Below are positions 11,483 through 20,881 of a DNA stretch of 64,000 bases, one piece after another; the stretch's first letter is position 1, and every line of letters starts with the position of its first letter. Origin of the DNA: an uncultured Actinomycetota bacterium. Lineage in GTDB: Bacteria; Actinomycetota; Actinomycetes; JAHEKZ01. The position numbers and the translations under genes were made by a program. The notes beneath the pieces were generated by a model. That model had not been told where the DNA came from and ran no database searches. It saw nothing but the letters and a program-made list of their open reading frames with translations. The DNA lies in assembly GCA_963718235.1 (NCBI GenBank), contig CAVQYR010000001.1, positions 2,112,001-2,176,000 on the forward strand, in the 5' to 3' direction.

Positions 11483-12655
11483 TCACCTGAGGTTGCGGGC
11501 TGGCTCCGGTCGGTCAGCAAGAGCCGTGGCCCGCCTGACCAGCTCGGCGATGGCGCCGGTCTCCAGCAGGAACCCGTCGTGCCCGTACGGTGAGGCGATG
11601 ACGTGCACCCCGTCGGCCCCTGGGATCAGGTCGACCAGCTGCTCCTGCAGCCACAGCGGGTACAGCCGGTCGCTGTCGACCCCTGCCACCACCACTGGTG
11701 CCTCGACCCGCCCCAGTGCCACCGCCAGGCCTCCCCGGCCCCGCCCCACGTCATGGGTACTCATGGCGTCGGTGAGCGCCACGTACGTGCCGGCGTCGAA
11801 CCGGCGGGCCAGCTTGTCAGCCTGGTGGTCCAGGTAGCTGCTGACCGCGTAGCGGCCGCCGCCCAGGGGGTCTTCCTGTGCCTGTGCGGCGCGGCCGAAC
11901 CGCATCTGCAGCTCCGGCTCCGACCGGTAGGTGAGGTGGGCGAACCGCCGAGCCGTCCCCATTCCGACGTGCGGACCCGACCCGTCGGGGCCGTCGTGGT
12001 AGTCGCCTCCTTGCCAGCGGGGGTCGCTGGTGATCGCCTGCACCTGGGCGGTCTGGGTGGCGATCTGGTCGGCCGTCGCCGCAGCACCCACCGCCACCAC
12101 CAACGCGGACCGCACCCGCTGGGGGTGACCCACCAACCACTCCAAGGCTCGCATCCCGCCCATCGAGCCCCCCACCACAGCGGCCCACGACGGGATGCCC
12201 AGAGCATCGGCCAGCGCCACCTCGACGGACACCTGGTCACGCACGGTGGTGCGTGGGAAGCGGGACCCCCACGTCTGACCGTCGGGGGCTCGGGACGACG
12301 GACCGGTCGTGCCCTGGCACCCGCCCAGCACGTTGGGGGCCACCACGAACCAGCGGTCGGTGTCCAGCGGTGCGCCGGGGCCGACGATGTCGGGCCACCA
12401 CCCGGGGGTGCGATGTCCGGGCTCGGAGGGACCTACGAGGTGGGAGTCGCCGGTCAGGGCGTGGAGCACCAGAACCGCGTTCGAACCATCGGGAGCCAGC
12501 TCGCCCCAGGTCTCGAAGGCCACGCGTACCTGGGGCAGTGACACCCCCGACTCCAGGGTGAGGTCCCCGACGTCGGCGAACCGCCGTCGACCGGGATGGT
12601 CCCCCTCCCGCCACGCGGCGGTGGCAGGAGGAGGACCGGAGGCCAGCGAGGTCAT
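11483..12655 (-). CDS. metX: Homoserine O-acetyltransferase
   Basis: [26 protein letters not shown] nucleophile elbow, GHDGFLLE. Confidence 0.96.
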   Translation of the reverse strand: MTSLASGPPPATAAWREGDHPGRRRFADVGDLTLESGVSLPQVRVAFETWGELAPDGSNAVLVLHALTGDSHLVGPSEPGHRTPGWWPDIVGPGAPLDTDRWFVVAPNVLGGCQGTTGPSSRAPDGQTWGSRFPRTTVRDQVSVEVALADALGIPSWAAVVGGSMGGMRALEWLVGHPQRVRSALVVAVGAAATADQIATQTAQVQAITSDPRWQGGDYHDGPDGSGPHVGMGTARRFAHLTYRSEPELQMRFGRAAQAQEDPLGGGRYAVSSYLDHQADKLARRFDAGTYVALTDAMSTHDVGRGRGGLAVALGRVEAPVVVAGVDSDRLYPLWLQEQLVDLIPGADGVHVIASPYGHDGFLLETGAIAELVRRATALADRPEPARNLR

Positions 12656-12661
12656 CGCCGC

Positions 12662-13978
12662 TCAGCTGACCTTGGCGGCCCGGAAGCCCGCGTCCAGGTC
12701 GGCCAGGATGTCCTCGATCCCCTCGAGCCCGACTGCTAGCCGCACCAACCCGGGCGTGACCCCGGCGCTCAGCTGTTCCTCCGCGCTGAGCTGGGAGTGC
12801 GTGGTGGATGCGGGATGGATCACCAGCGACCGGACATCGCCGATGTTGGCCACGTGGCTGTGCAGCTCGAGGGCGTTCACGAAGCGCTTGCCGGCCTCGA
12901 CCCCGCCGTCGATCTCGAACGACAGCACAGCCCCTGTTCCGCGTGGTGCGTACTTGCGGCCTAGCTCGAACCAGGGAGACGACTCCAGCCCGGCGTACGA
13001 CACGTTCAGCACCTCCGGTCGCGACTGCAGCCACTCCGCGACCGCCTGGGCGTTCTGCACGTGACGCTCGACCCGCAGGCTGAGCGTCTCGATGCCCTGC
13101 GCGATGAGGAAGGCGTTGAACGGCGCGACCGCGGACCCCAGGTCGCGCAGCAGCTGGATGCGCGCCTTGATGATGAAGGCGATCGGCCCCAACGCCTCGG
13201 CGTAGACGAGCCCGTGGTAGCTGGGGTCGGGGGTGTTGAACTGCGGGAACTTCTTCGGGTCTGCAGCCCAGTCGAACGTCCCGCCGTCGACGATCACCCC
13301 GGCCACCGCCGTCCCGTGCCCGCCGAGGTACTTGGTCGCCGAGTGGACGACGATGTCCGCGCCCCACTTCAGCGGCTGTATGAGGTACGGCGTGGCCACC
13401 GTGTTGTCCACGATCAGCGGGACGCCGTTGTCGTGGGCGACCGCCGCCACGTTCTCGATGTCGAGGATCTCGTTCTTCGGGTTGGCGATGGTCTCGGCGA
13501 AGAACGCCTTGGTGTTGGGTCGGACCGCAGCGCGCCACGACTCGACGTCGTTGGGGTCGCTGACGAACGTGACCTCGATGCCCAGCTTCGGCAGCGTGTA
13601 GTGGAACAGGTTGTAGGTACCGCCGTACAGCGACGGGGACGACACGATGTGGTCGCCGGCCTCGGCCAGGTTCAAGATCGCGAACGTCTCGGCCGCCTGA
13701 CCACTGCTGACCAGCAGTGCCGCGACGCCGCCCTCCAACGCGGCCACCCGCTGCTCCACTACGTCCTGGGTCGGGTTCATGATCCGGGTGTAGATGTTGC
13801 CCGGCTCGGCCAGGCCGAACAGGGCCGCGGCGTGATCGGTGTCGCGGAACACGTACGACGTGGTCTGGTAGATGGGCAGGGCGCGCGCGCCGGTGGTGCC
13901 GTCAGCGGTCTGCCCCGCATGGATCTGCTTGGTCTCGAACGACCAGGCGGCCGCTGCTTCGGGGGTGGGTTCGGACAT
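12662..13978 (-). CDS. metY: O-acetylhomoserine sulfhydrylase (aminocarboxypropyltransferase)
   Basis: PIYQTTSY, NIYTRIMNPT, HSATKYLGGHG PLP lysine, ANIGDVRSLVIHPASTTH. Confidence 0.96.
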   Translation of the reverse strand: MSEPTPEAAAAWSFETKQIHAGQTADGTTGARALPIYQTTSYVFRDTDHAAALFGLAEPGNIYTRIMNPTQDVVEQRVAALEGGVAALLVSSGQAAETFAILNLAEAGDHIVSSPSLYGGTYNLFHYTLPKLGIEVTFVSDPNDVESWRAAVRPNTKAFFAETIANPKNEILDIENVAAVAHDNGVPLIVDNTVATPYLIQPLKWGADIVVHSATKYLGGHGTAVAGVIVDGGTFDWAADPKKFPQFNTPDPSYHGLVYAEALGPIAFIIKARIQLLRDLGSAVAPFNAFLIAQGIETLSLRVERHVQNAQAVAEWLQSRPEVLNVSYAGLESSPWFELGRKYAPRGTGAVLSFEIDGGVEAGKRFVNALELHSHVANIGDVRSLVIHPASTTHSQLSAEEQLSAGVTPGLVRLAVGLEGIEDILADLDAGFRAAKVS

Positions 13979-14135
13979 GGTGGTCTCCTACGAATGAGCC
14001 AGACGATGGACGAAAGGTGTCCCGTCGGACGCCGGTCGGGGCCGGTCGTCAGGAGGTGCGATCTACGGACCCGGGGTGCGCGGCCGAGGCCTCAGAGAGG
14101 CCGGCGCGCCTGGACGGGGGTGGAGCCCGGGCCCG

Positions 14136-14219
14136 TCAGGCCATACAGGCGCACATGGCCCCACGACACAGGCCGCCGCGCATCAGGGCGCAGGACGGGC
14201 GGGTCGGGGCGGCGGTCAC
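14136..14219 (-). CDS. Putative leaderless Cys/Met-rich leader peptide MTAAPTRPSCALMRGGLCRGAMCACMA
   Basis: 28 codons, GTG to TGA; TATGCT -10 hexamer 6 nt upstream; 4 Cys and 3 internal Met; upstream of metY. Confidence 0.7.
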   Translation of the reverse strand: MTAAPTRPSCALMRGGLCRGAMCACMA

Positions 14220-14327
14220 CCGTCGAGCATAGGGACATCCCAGCGAAATGCTCAACCCTCGACCGGCCGTGTCCCGAGATGTGAGATGCCTCGCTACCGC
14301 TCGGCACTCCGCCCACGCTTCGCCTCG

Positions 14328-14606
14328 CTACCGCTCGGCGAAGATCCTCAACAGCTCCCCCACTTGGTGGTCGGACTCGTGCGGGTGCCGGAACCTCTTG
14401 CGCTTGTCCAGCAGGTAGTGGTTGCGCCGGCCCACCCGCTCCTTGGTCACGTACCCCTCGGCCTCCAGGTCGCCCACGATCATCTGGGCCGCCCGTTCGG
14501 TGATGCCCACCCGCTCGGCGATGTCCCGCAGCCGTGCATCGGGGTCGTCGGCGAGGGTGAGCAGCACCCGGCCGTGGTTGGTCAGGAAGGTCCACCGGTC
14601 AGCCAC
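14328..14606 (-). CDS. Winged helix-turn-helix regulator (WTFLTNH type)
   Basis: WTFLTNHGRVLL...RLRDIAERVGITERAAQMIVGDLEAEGYV...GRRNHY. Confidence 0.88.
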   Translation of the reverse strand: MADRWTFLTNHGRVLLTLADDPDARLRDIAERVGITERAAQMIVGDLEAEGYVTKERVGRRNHYLLDKRKRFRHPHESDHQVGELLRIFAER

Positions 14607-14674
14607 CGCGCCACCGTACCGCTCACCGGTCCGCCCAACGGGGCGCCGACACCGAAACGTCGACGCCCCGGCGG

Positions 14675-15232
14675 TCAGCAACCAGCGAGCTCCGGCTGCC
14701 ACACGGCGACGATCCGACAGGTCGTGACTCCTGCTGGCGCCCGAACCACGACCTCATCCCCCACCCGGTGACCGAGCAGCGCGCGAGCCGCAGGCGCATC
14801 GGCCGAGATCCGCTCGTCGTCCAACGACGCCTCAGCGGGGTGCACGATGCGGAGCCGCTCGAGGCTGCCGTCGGAGAACCCGACGTCGACCAGCGAGCCC
14901 AGTGCCACCTCGTCTGGTCGCTCCGGCGGGCGGATCGCCACCGCCTCGGACAGCAGCTGCTCGAGAGACGTTGCCTCGGCGAAGGCCCGGTCGTAGTCGT
15001 CGTCGATCCTGCGGTCGTGGTGCGGATCGCCAATCATGGCGCCCAACGGCGCCACCACCTCGGTGCGCAGCCGTTCCAGCCTCCGCTGGAGTCCCACCCT
15101 GCCCTCGGCAGTGAGCTGCACGGTGGGCGCGGGGCTCAAGCGCACCCGGGGTGCGGTGGGGCGTCGCCTCGGGGTCGCAGTCCGGCGTGCCGGCCGGGGC
15201 GCGGGAGGGGTGAGGGTCGCGGATGCGGGCAT
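14675..15232 (-). CDS. GreA/GreB-family elongation factor homologue (atypical tip)
   Basis: LTAEG...LERLR coiled coil; VALGSLV; LRIVHPAEA...ISADAPAARALLGHRVGDEVVVRAPAG. Confidence 0.85.
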   Translation of the reverse strand: MPASATLTPPAPRPARRTATPRRRPTAPRVRLSPAPTVQLTAEGRVGLQRRLERLRTEVVAPLGAMIGDPHHDRRIDDDYDRAFAEATSLEQLLSEAVAIRPPERPDEVALGSLVDVGFSDGSLERLRIVHPAEASLDDERISADAPAARALLGHRVGDEVVVRAPAGVTTCRIVAVWQPELAGC

Positions 15233-15233
15233 G

Positions 15234-16208
15234 TCAGTTCTCCTTCGTGGCGTGGATGAGTGGTGCGGGAGAGTCGGGGGCTTCGGCAGACGGACGCCCG
15301 CGGTCGCGGGTCGCCCAGAAGCTCGCGGCGACGGAGGTCGCGATGATCGCGCCGACGACGAGCAGTGAGGTGACGGTGGGGATCTTGTAGACCTCGAGCA
15401 GCAGCATCTTCACGCCGACCCAGACGAGGACGATCGACAAGCCGAGCTTGAGGTAGATGAAGCGGTGGATCAGGTCGGCGAGGAGGAAGTACATGGCACG
15501 CAGACCGAGGATGGCGAACGCGTTCGACGTGAAGACCAGGAACGGCTCCTGGGTCACCGCGAAGATGGCTGGGATCGAGTCGACGGCGAACACGATGTCG
15601 GTGACCTCGACCAGCACGAGCACGGTCAGCAGCGGTGTGGCAACCCATCGACCGGCCCTGCGGATCAGGAATCTCTGCCCGTGATACTCGTCCGTGGTCG
15701 GCACGAGCCTGCGGAACCAGCGGAGCACGATCGACTTCTGGGGGTCGACGTGGTCGTTGCGGTGCAGTGCCATCCGGACTCCGGTGAGCACGAGGAAGGC
15801 GCCGAACACGTAGAGCACCCACGCGAAGCTGGCGATCATCACCGAGCCAGCGGCGATGAAGATGCCGCGGAAGACCAGTGCGCCGAGGACCCCGTAGAAC
15901 AGCACGCGGTGCTGGTACTCCCGCGGTACGGCGAAGTAGCTGAAGATGATGGCGAAGACGAAGACGTTGTCCACGGCCAGCGACTTCTCGATCACGTAGC
16001 CGGCGAAGTACTGGCCAGCGAACTCACCGCCGTACACCGCCCAGATCAAGGTGCCGAAGGTGACACCCAGGGCGACCCAGACGACCGACCACGCGGCCGC
16101 TTCCCGCACTGAGACGACGTGGGTCTTGCGATGGGCGAAGAGGTCTACCGCAAGCATCGCCAGGATGCCGGCGAGAACCGCCAACCAGGCCCACAGAGGG
16201 ACGTTCAT
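15234..16208 (-). CDS. terC: TerC/Alx-family metal-homeostasis membrane protein
   Basis: EKSLAVDNVFVF, QHRVLFYGVLGALVFR, DIVFAVDSIPA, FTSNAFAILGLRAMYF. Confidence 0.95.
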   Translation of the reverse strand: MNVPLWAWLAVLAGILAMLAVDLFAHRKTHVVSVREAAAWSVVWVALGVTFGTLIWAVYGGEFAGQYFAGYVIEKSLAVDNVFVFAIIFSYFAVPREYQHRVLFYGVLGALVFRGIFIAAGSVMIASFAWVLYVFGAFLVLTGVRMALHRNDHVDPQKSIVLRWFRRLVPTTDEYHGQRFLIRRAGRWVATPLLTVLVLVEVTDIVFAVDSIPAIFAVTQEPFLVFTSNAFAILGLRAMYFLLADLIHRFIYLKLGLSIVLVWVGVKMLLLEVYKIPTVTSLLVVGAIIATSVAASFWATRDRGRPSAEAPDSPAPLIHATKEN

Positions 16209-16235
16209 CGAGCACCTTCCAAGCGGTCGTGGCTT

Positions 16236-16318
16236 GGAAGGTCTCCCCCGGCCGTTGGCCCGCTGCACCGGGTCGCGAGACCGTAGTGACGATGCAGCGT
16301 GTCGGGGTACTCCCCTTC
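16236..16318 (-). ncRNA. yybP-ykoY manganese riboswitch
   Basis: Minus strand reads GAAGGGGAGUACCCC...CGCUGCAUCGUCACUAC...GUGCAGCG...GGGGGAGACCUUC, with the hallmark AGGGGAGUA, CGUCA and GAGACCU segments, directly upstream of terC. Confidence 0.88.
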
Positions 16319-16330
16319 ACTGATGCGGTT

Positions 16331-16359
16331 AGTCTCCGGAAAACTGATTCCTTTGTCAA
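16331..16359 (-). promoter_or_regulatory. SigA-type promoter for the riboswitch-terC operon
   Basis: TTGACA-N17-GAGACT; the spacer contains a GGAA-N6-TTCC palindrome. Confidence 0.6.
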
Positions 16360-17504
16360 GTCCCTCTGAGTCTCCGTTGCAGTCTCTCGCGCTCGGTCAC
16401 ACGGGCTTCGGCCAGCGACTGGACCAGCTGGTCGGGCGACAGTGCGCCCGGGCCCATCGCCAGCGCCAGCAGCTGGGCCAGCGTGTACTGCGGATCCGCT
16501 GCGAGAGCGACGTCGACCGCCACGTTGGCCCGAGCCCCAGCACCTTGCTGGATGCAGGCCACAGCGAGCAGCGTCGCCGCCGGCGCCCGCAGCTCGACCG
16601 GGGCGCACCGGGTGAGTTCGCACCAGTACCGGGCGGCCGCCTCGAGCGTCGCCGACTGCGGTTGGACCACCACGAGGTCTCGCACCCCCACCTCGCGCAG
16701 CGCCACCAGGTGCCGGGCAGCCTGTGCTGCCGGCACCCGACCCCATCGGCTCGACGTGGTGCCCAGACCGCCGTCGTCGGAGCCCTGGCCACCAACCGCG
16801 GCAAAGTCGGCGAGGGCGGTGTCGATGCTCAGCATCTGCGCCGAACGCCAGGCGGCCTCAGTCGAGACCTGCGTGAGCCAGCGCGGAACCTCGGCCGACA
16901 CCGCGCTGACGGCCGACTCGTCGGGGAGAAGGGCATCGACCAGATCGCGTCGGGACGGAAGGGCGACCAAGCCGCGACCGACCGCCTCCGCCGCGATCCA
17001 CGACTCCTCACTGACGAGCCGACCCTCAGTCGGGCAGCAGTCCGGCCGCTGACACAGGTAGGACCACCACCGCCACCCCTCTCGCTCACGTCGGACAGAC
17101 AGTGCGTCCACCAGCGGGAGACCGGCCTCGACCAATCCTCGACCGAGCGCCGCGACCAGACCTCCGCGTACCAGAGGCGGGCCCGACACCGGGTCGTCGT
17201 AGACCAGGGCGATCACACTGCCGGCTCCCCGGTCCAGCGCCTGACGGATGAACCCCCGAAGCACCGTCACGGGGTCGGGCACGAGGTCGGCTCTGGCCGT
17301 CCCGACGACCCGGCCTCGAGGTTGCCGCCCGTAGAGGGCAACCAGCACGATCGAGTCCTCGGGGACGAACCCGACGAGATAGGGCGCCGCCACCACCAGT
17401 GCGTCCGGGCCGCTGAGCCGAAGGACGTCAGCCTGTCGGTCGGCTGGCTGCCGTGGTGCCGTACGGCGGATGGCTCGGCGTCGTGGCCGGGGCTGGGCGG
17501 GCAT
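16356..17504 (-). CDS. DUF4192 domain protein
   Basis: LRLSGPDALVVAAPYLVGFVPEDSIVLV, WWSYLC...CCP.EG, VRD, G.GARANVAVDVALAADPQYTLAQLL. Confidence 0.88.
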   Translation of the reverse strand: MPAQPRPRRRAIRRTAPRQPADRQADVLRLSGPDALVVAAPYLVGFVPEDSIVLVALYGRQPRGRVVGTARADLVPDPVTVLRGFIRQALDRGAGSVIALVYDDPVSGPPLVRGGLVAALGRGLVEAGLPLVDALSVRREREGWRWWSYLCQRPDCCPTEGRLVSEESWIAAEAVGRGLVALPSRRDLVDALLPDESAVSAVSAEVPRWLTQVSTEAAWRSAQMLSIDTALADFAAVGGQGSDDGGLGTTSSRWGRVPAAQAARHLVALREVGVRDLVVVQPQSATLEAAARYWCELTRCAPVELRAPAATLLAVACIQQGAGARANVAVDVALAADPQYTLAQLLALAMGPGALSPDQLVQSLAEARVTERERLQRRLRGT

Positions 17505-17696
17505 GTCGGCACCGTCGTCCGTCCGAGCCACCACCGACCGCGGCCCGGCCGGATGTGTGGATGCGTCAGCCCGCCCGCCGGTTGTGGACCTCGGGTGAAC
17601 CGGAACGACAGTGCGACTTCTTAGGGCCTGATGACGTTCGCCCGCCACGGCGCCCGCGGAGTCGAACAGACTGGGGATCGGTGCTTTCATCGTGGG

Positions 17697-18452
17697 ATGA
17701 GCGCCGAACCCCCGGGCCGAACCGACGTCACCGACGGCACCGACGCCACCCACGGAACCCCGGTGGGACGTCGGGTGGTCCTGGGCATGCTCGGGCTCGG
17801 AGCCCTCGGAGTCGTGGTGGGCGCACCCGTCTCCCGGGCGATGGACCGCGTGCTCGGGCCTCTGCAGAACAACGACCCGACCGGCCTGACCAGTCTCGTG
17901 CCCGGTGCCGGCGGGTGGCGCTACTACTCGGTCACCGCCTCGCAGCCATCGGTGACCGCGGAGACGTTCTCACTTCGGCTCTCCGGGCTCGTCGACCGGC
18001 CGATCACGCTGACCTACGCCGACCTGGTCGCCCTGCCCCAGACCCAGCTCACCCGCGACTTCCAGTGCGTGACCGGGTGGCGGGTCGAGGACGTCGCCTG
18101 GCAAGGGGTGCAGGTCCGTGACCTGCTCGAAGTGACGGGCGTCGCCGCGAGAGCCTCGGCGCTGCGCTTCACGTCCTCCGACGGCACGTACACCGAGTCG
18201 CTGACCCTCGACCAGGTTCGGCGCGACGACGTCCTCGTCGCGACACACCTGGACGGCGCAGCGGTGACCCGCGCCCATGGGGGTCCCGTCCGGCTCTACG
18301 TGGCCTCCATGTACGGCTACAAGTCCTTGAAGTGGCTCGATGGCATCGAGGTGACGTCGACCGTCCAGCCCGGCTACTGGGAGGAACGTGGCTACGACGT
18401 CGACGCATACGTAGGGCAGTCCAACGGGCGCAGCGACCCGGCCACCGCATGA
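17697..18452 (+). CDS. Molybdopterin-dependent oxidoreductase (sulfite oxidase/MsrP-like)
   Basis: Tat-like GRRVVLG; DFQCVTGW, HGGPVRL, YGYKSLKWL, GYWEERGY. Confidence 0.92.
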   Translation: MSAEPPGRTDVTDGTDATHGTPVGRRVVLGMLGLGALGVVVGAPVSRAMDRVLGPLQNNDPTGLTSLVPGAGGWRYYSVTASQPSVTAETFSLRLSGLVDRPITLTYADLVALPQTQLTRDFQCVTGWRVEDVAWQGVQVRDLLEVTGVAARASALRFTSSDGTYTESLTLDQVRRDDVLVATHLDGAAVTRAHGGPVRLYVASMYGYKSLKWLDGIEVTSTVQPGYWEERGYDVDAYVGQSNGRSDPATA

Positions 18453-19021
18453 CCAACACGCAGGCGTCGCCCCCGAGGGCCTGGCAGCCCGAGTCCAGGT
18501 TCACCAGGCCGGAGGTCTGGGTGCACGGCGCGTTCGCCGCCCTCGTCCTGATCGCCGTGGTCACTGCCGCGTTCCTGTTCGTCGACGTCCTGGCCCAGCT
18601 CGTCGGGCGCCGCGAGCTGCTGATGCGGGTGCATGTGCTGGCCGGGCTGCTGTGCCCCGTGCCGTTGGCCATCGGGCTCGTCTCTCCGGCGTTTCGTCGC
18701 GACGTCGCCCGGCTCGACCGGTTCGGACCGGTCGATCGGAGATGGCTGCGCTCCCGGGCCCGACGCACGTTGCCCGTGGAACGGTTCAACGCCGGGCAGA
18801 AGCTCAACGCCGCGTTCACCCTCGGCGCGGTGCTCGTGCTCCTCGGTACCGGTGTCGTGATGGGCAGCCTGCTCTGGAGCTGGCCCGACGACCTGCGCAC
18901 GGGGGCGACCTTCGTCCATGACTGGGTGGCCCTGGGCCTCACTGTCGCAGTGGTCGGGCACCTGTACTTCGTGCGCCGCTACGGCCACGGTGACGCCACC
19001 GGTCCTCGTCCCGGACGCTGA
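18449..19021 (+). CDS. Cytochrome b/b6 domain partner protein
   Basis: ATGA overlap with the previous gene; RF...VWVH, FNAGQKLNA, ATFVHDW, GHLY. Confidence 0.88.
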   Translation: MTNTQASPPRAWQPESRFTRPEVWVHGAFAALVLIAVVTAAFLFVDVLAQLVGRRELLMRVHVLAGLLCPVPLAIGLVSPAFRRDVARLDRFGPVDRRWLRSRARRTLPVERFNAGQKLNAAFTLGAVLVLLGTGVVMGSLLWSWPDDLRTGATFVHDWVALGLTVAVVGHLYFVRRYGHGDATGPRPGR

Positions 19022-19083
19022 TCCCAACGTGCCCATTCGACCCCGCTGTCACAGGTGATCGAGCGGTTGGGCAGGATTCGGGC

Positions 19084-19740
19084 ATGCGGCTCGACCATCT
19101 CTCCTACGCAGCCCCGGCCGACCACCTGGCCGACGTGGTCCAGCGGATCGGCTCGCGCCTCGGGGCAGGGTTCGTCGACGGAGGCGTGCACCCACGGTTC
19201 GGCACCCGCAACTTCATCCTCCCTCTCGCCGGCGGCACCTACCTGGAGGTCGTCGCCCCCCTGGACCACCCGGCGGCTGACCGGGCACCGTTCGGGCAGG
19301 CGGTGAAGCAGCGGGCCAACGGCGGCGGCGGGTGGCTCGGCTGGGTCGTCTCGGTCGACGACATCGGACTGGTCGAGCGGCGCCTGGGCCGCCCGGCGGT
19401 CGACGGTCACCGTCGCCGTCCGGACGGGTACGAGCTCGTCTGGAAGCAGCTCGGCGTCAACGACCTGATCGACGACCCGCAGCTGCCCTTCTTCATCCAA
19501 TGGATGTGCGACGCCGACCAGCACCCCGGCAGCGGCGGGCCCGAAGACCTGCGGATCGAGCGCCTGGAGATCGCCGGTGACGCCACCACCGTGGCGCAGT
19601 GGCTGGGTCAGCTCAACGGCCACCCGCTGGACGACGTCGAGGTGGCGTGGGTCACGCCGGAGCCCGATGGCGACGACACGGAGCTCGGCCTGGTGGCCGT
19701 GGAGTTCGCCACACCGTCGGGCACCGTTCGCATCGACTGA
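19084..19740 (+). CDS. VOC/glyoxalase-like protein
   Basis: MRLDHLSYA, GGVHPRFGTRN, YLEVV, LPFFIQW. Confidence 0.92.
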   Translation: MRLDHLSYAAPADHLADVVQRIGSRLGAGFVDGGVHPRFGTRNFILPLAGGTYLEVVAPLDHPAADRAPFGQAVKQRANGGGGWLGWVVSVDDIGLVERRLGRPAVDGHRRRPDGYELVWKQLGVNDLIDDPQLPFFIQWMCDADQHPGSGGPEDLRIERLEIAGDATTVAQWLGQLNGHPLDDVEVAWVTPEPDGDDTELGLVAVEFATPSGTVRID

Positions 19741-19758
19741 CCGGGAGCATCAGACGAC

Positions 19759-19799
19759 GACGAAGCGGTGGCACCCCCAGAGGGTGCCACCGCTTCGTC
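19759..19799. terminator. Bidirectional hairpin between convergent genes
   Basis: Perfect 18-bp stem GACGAAGCGGTGGCACCC/GGGTGCCACCGCTTCGTC with a 5-nt loop. Confidence 0.85.
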
Positions 19800-19811
19800 A
19801 GGTCGGTCTGG

Positions 19812-20618
19812 TCAGCGCGAGGCGCTGGCCCGCTCGCACACGTAGACCATGTACGGCGAGGACTCGCCCAGCGAGGACCCGTCGAAGTCCCCGAAACGCT
19901 CGACGACGTTCAGCCGGGCTGCGCGCAGCGCCGACTCCAGCTCCTGCGGGAACGAGTACCGCAGCGCCACGTGCGTCGGTGCGGCGACGGGGGTGCCGTC
20001 GGCCAGGACGCGGTGCGTGACGTGGTGCATGACCTGCGCGACCGGGTGGTAGTGCTGGGTGCCCGACACGTACACGTCGCGACCCTCGAAGTCCACGTAC
20101 GTGAACCACGGGGCGGCCACGTCGAGCCGCGATGCCAGGTCGGCCGCGTGCGGGAATCGCACGGCGAATGCGAACTTCCCACCCGGCTTGAGGTGACGCC
20201 ACACCGAGTTCAGCGTGGCGGCGCGCTCGGCGTCGGCGAGGAAGGCCTGCAGCGCGTTGCCCGAGAGGGTGACCAGGTCGAACTTGCGGCGCAGGTTCAG
20301 CTCGGTCACATCGCCCAGGACGAACGACGGCCGGTCGGCCTCGTCGAAGAGCTCGTCGGCCTTGGCCTGGGCCCGGTTCACCATGGCCTCGGCGCTGTCG
20401 ACGCCGACCACGTCGTGACCGTCTCCGGCCAGCAGCAACGCTACCCGGCCGGTGCCGGTGGCGAGGTCCAGGACGGTTCCCGGCTCGTCGAGCAGCGAGC
20501 GGTAGAAGGGCCCGTCCACATGCGTGGCGCCGTACTCGAGGTCGTAGCGCACGGCGTCGGTGTACTCGGCGACGAAGGTCTCGTCGTCCAACAAGAGGGT
20601 CTGCTCCACAGTCGACAT
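19812..20618 (-). CDS. Class I SAM-dependent methyltransferase
   Basis: VLDLATGTGRV, GVDSAEAM, HLKPGGKF, LRYSFPQELE. Confidence 0.92.
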   Translation of the reverse strand: MSTVEQTLLLDDETFVAEYTDAVRYDLEYGATHVDGPFYRSLLDEPGTVLDLATGTGRVALLLAGDGHDVVGVDSAEAMVNRAQAKADELFDEADRPSFVLGDVTELNLRRKFDLVTLSGNALQAFLADAERAATLNSVWRHLKPGGKFAFAVRFPHAADLASRLDVAAPWFTYVDFEGRDVYVSGTQHYHPVAQVMHHVTHRVLADGTPVAAPTHVALRYSFPQELESALRAARLNVVERFGDFDGSSLGESSPYMVYVCERASASR

Positions 20619-20881
20619 TCCTTGGTTCGTGCCCGGCAGCAGGATGGGAGGGGTGCCGGGATTCCCCCACACCCATGCTCGGCGGCGCCGGGGGGCCGCT
20701 TGACCCCCGAACGGGTCCAGGGCGGGTGACCTTGGTCACGTAGGGACCACCGCTCCGGATTCGCATCGGGAACCGCGGGTGCCGGAGCCGCCACGACACC
20801 GGGGTGGGTTGGAATCTGCTCGACAGGACCGCCGAAATCGGGTTGGCTCAGGCCCTCGGGTCGTCACCACAGGAGGGTTCG

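Noticed and set aside
13979-14300. SAM-I/SAM-IV riboswitch upstream of metY
   Set aside because: Core GCAACC and AUGAG/AAGAG elements not found; the uORF explains the region better.
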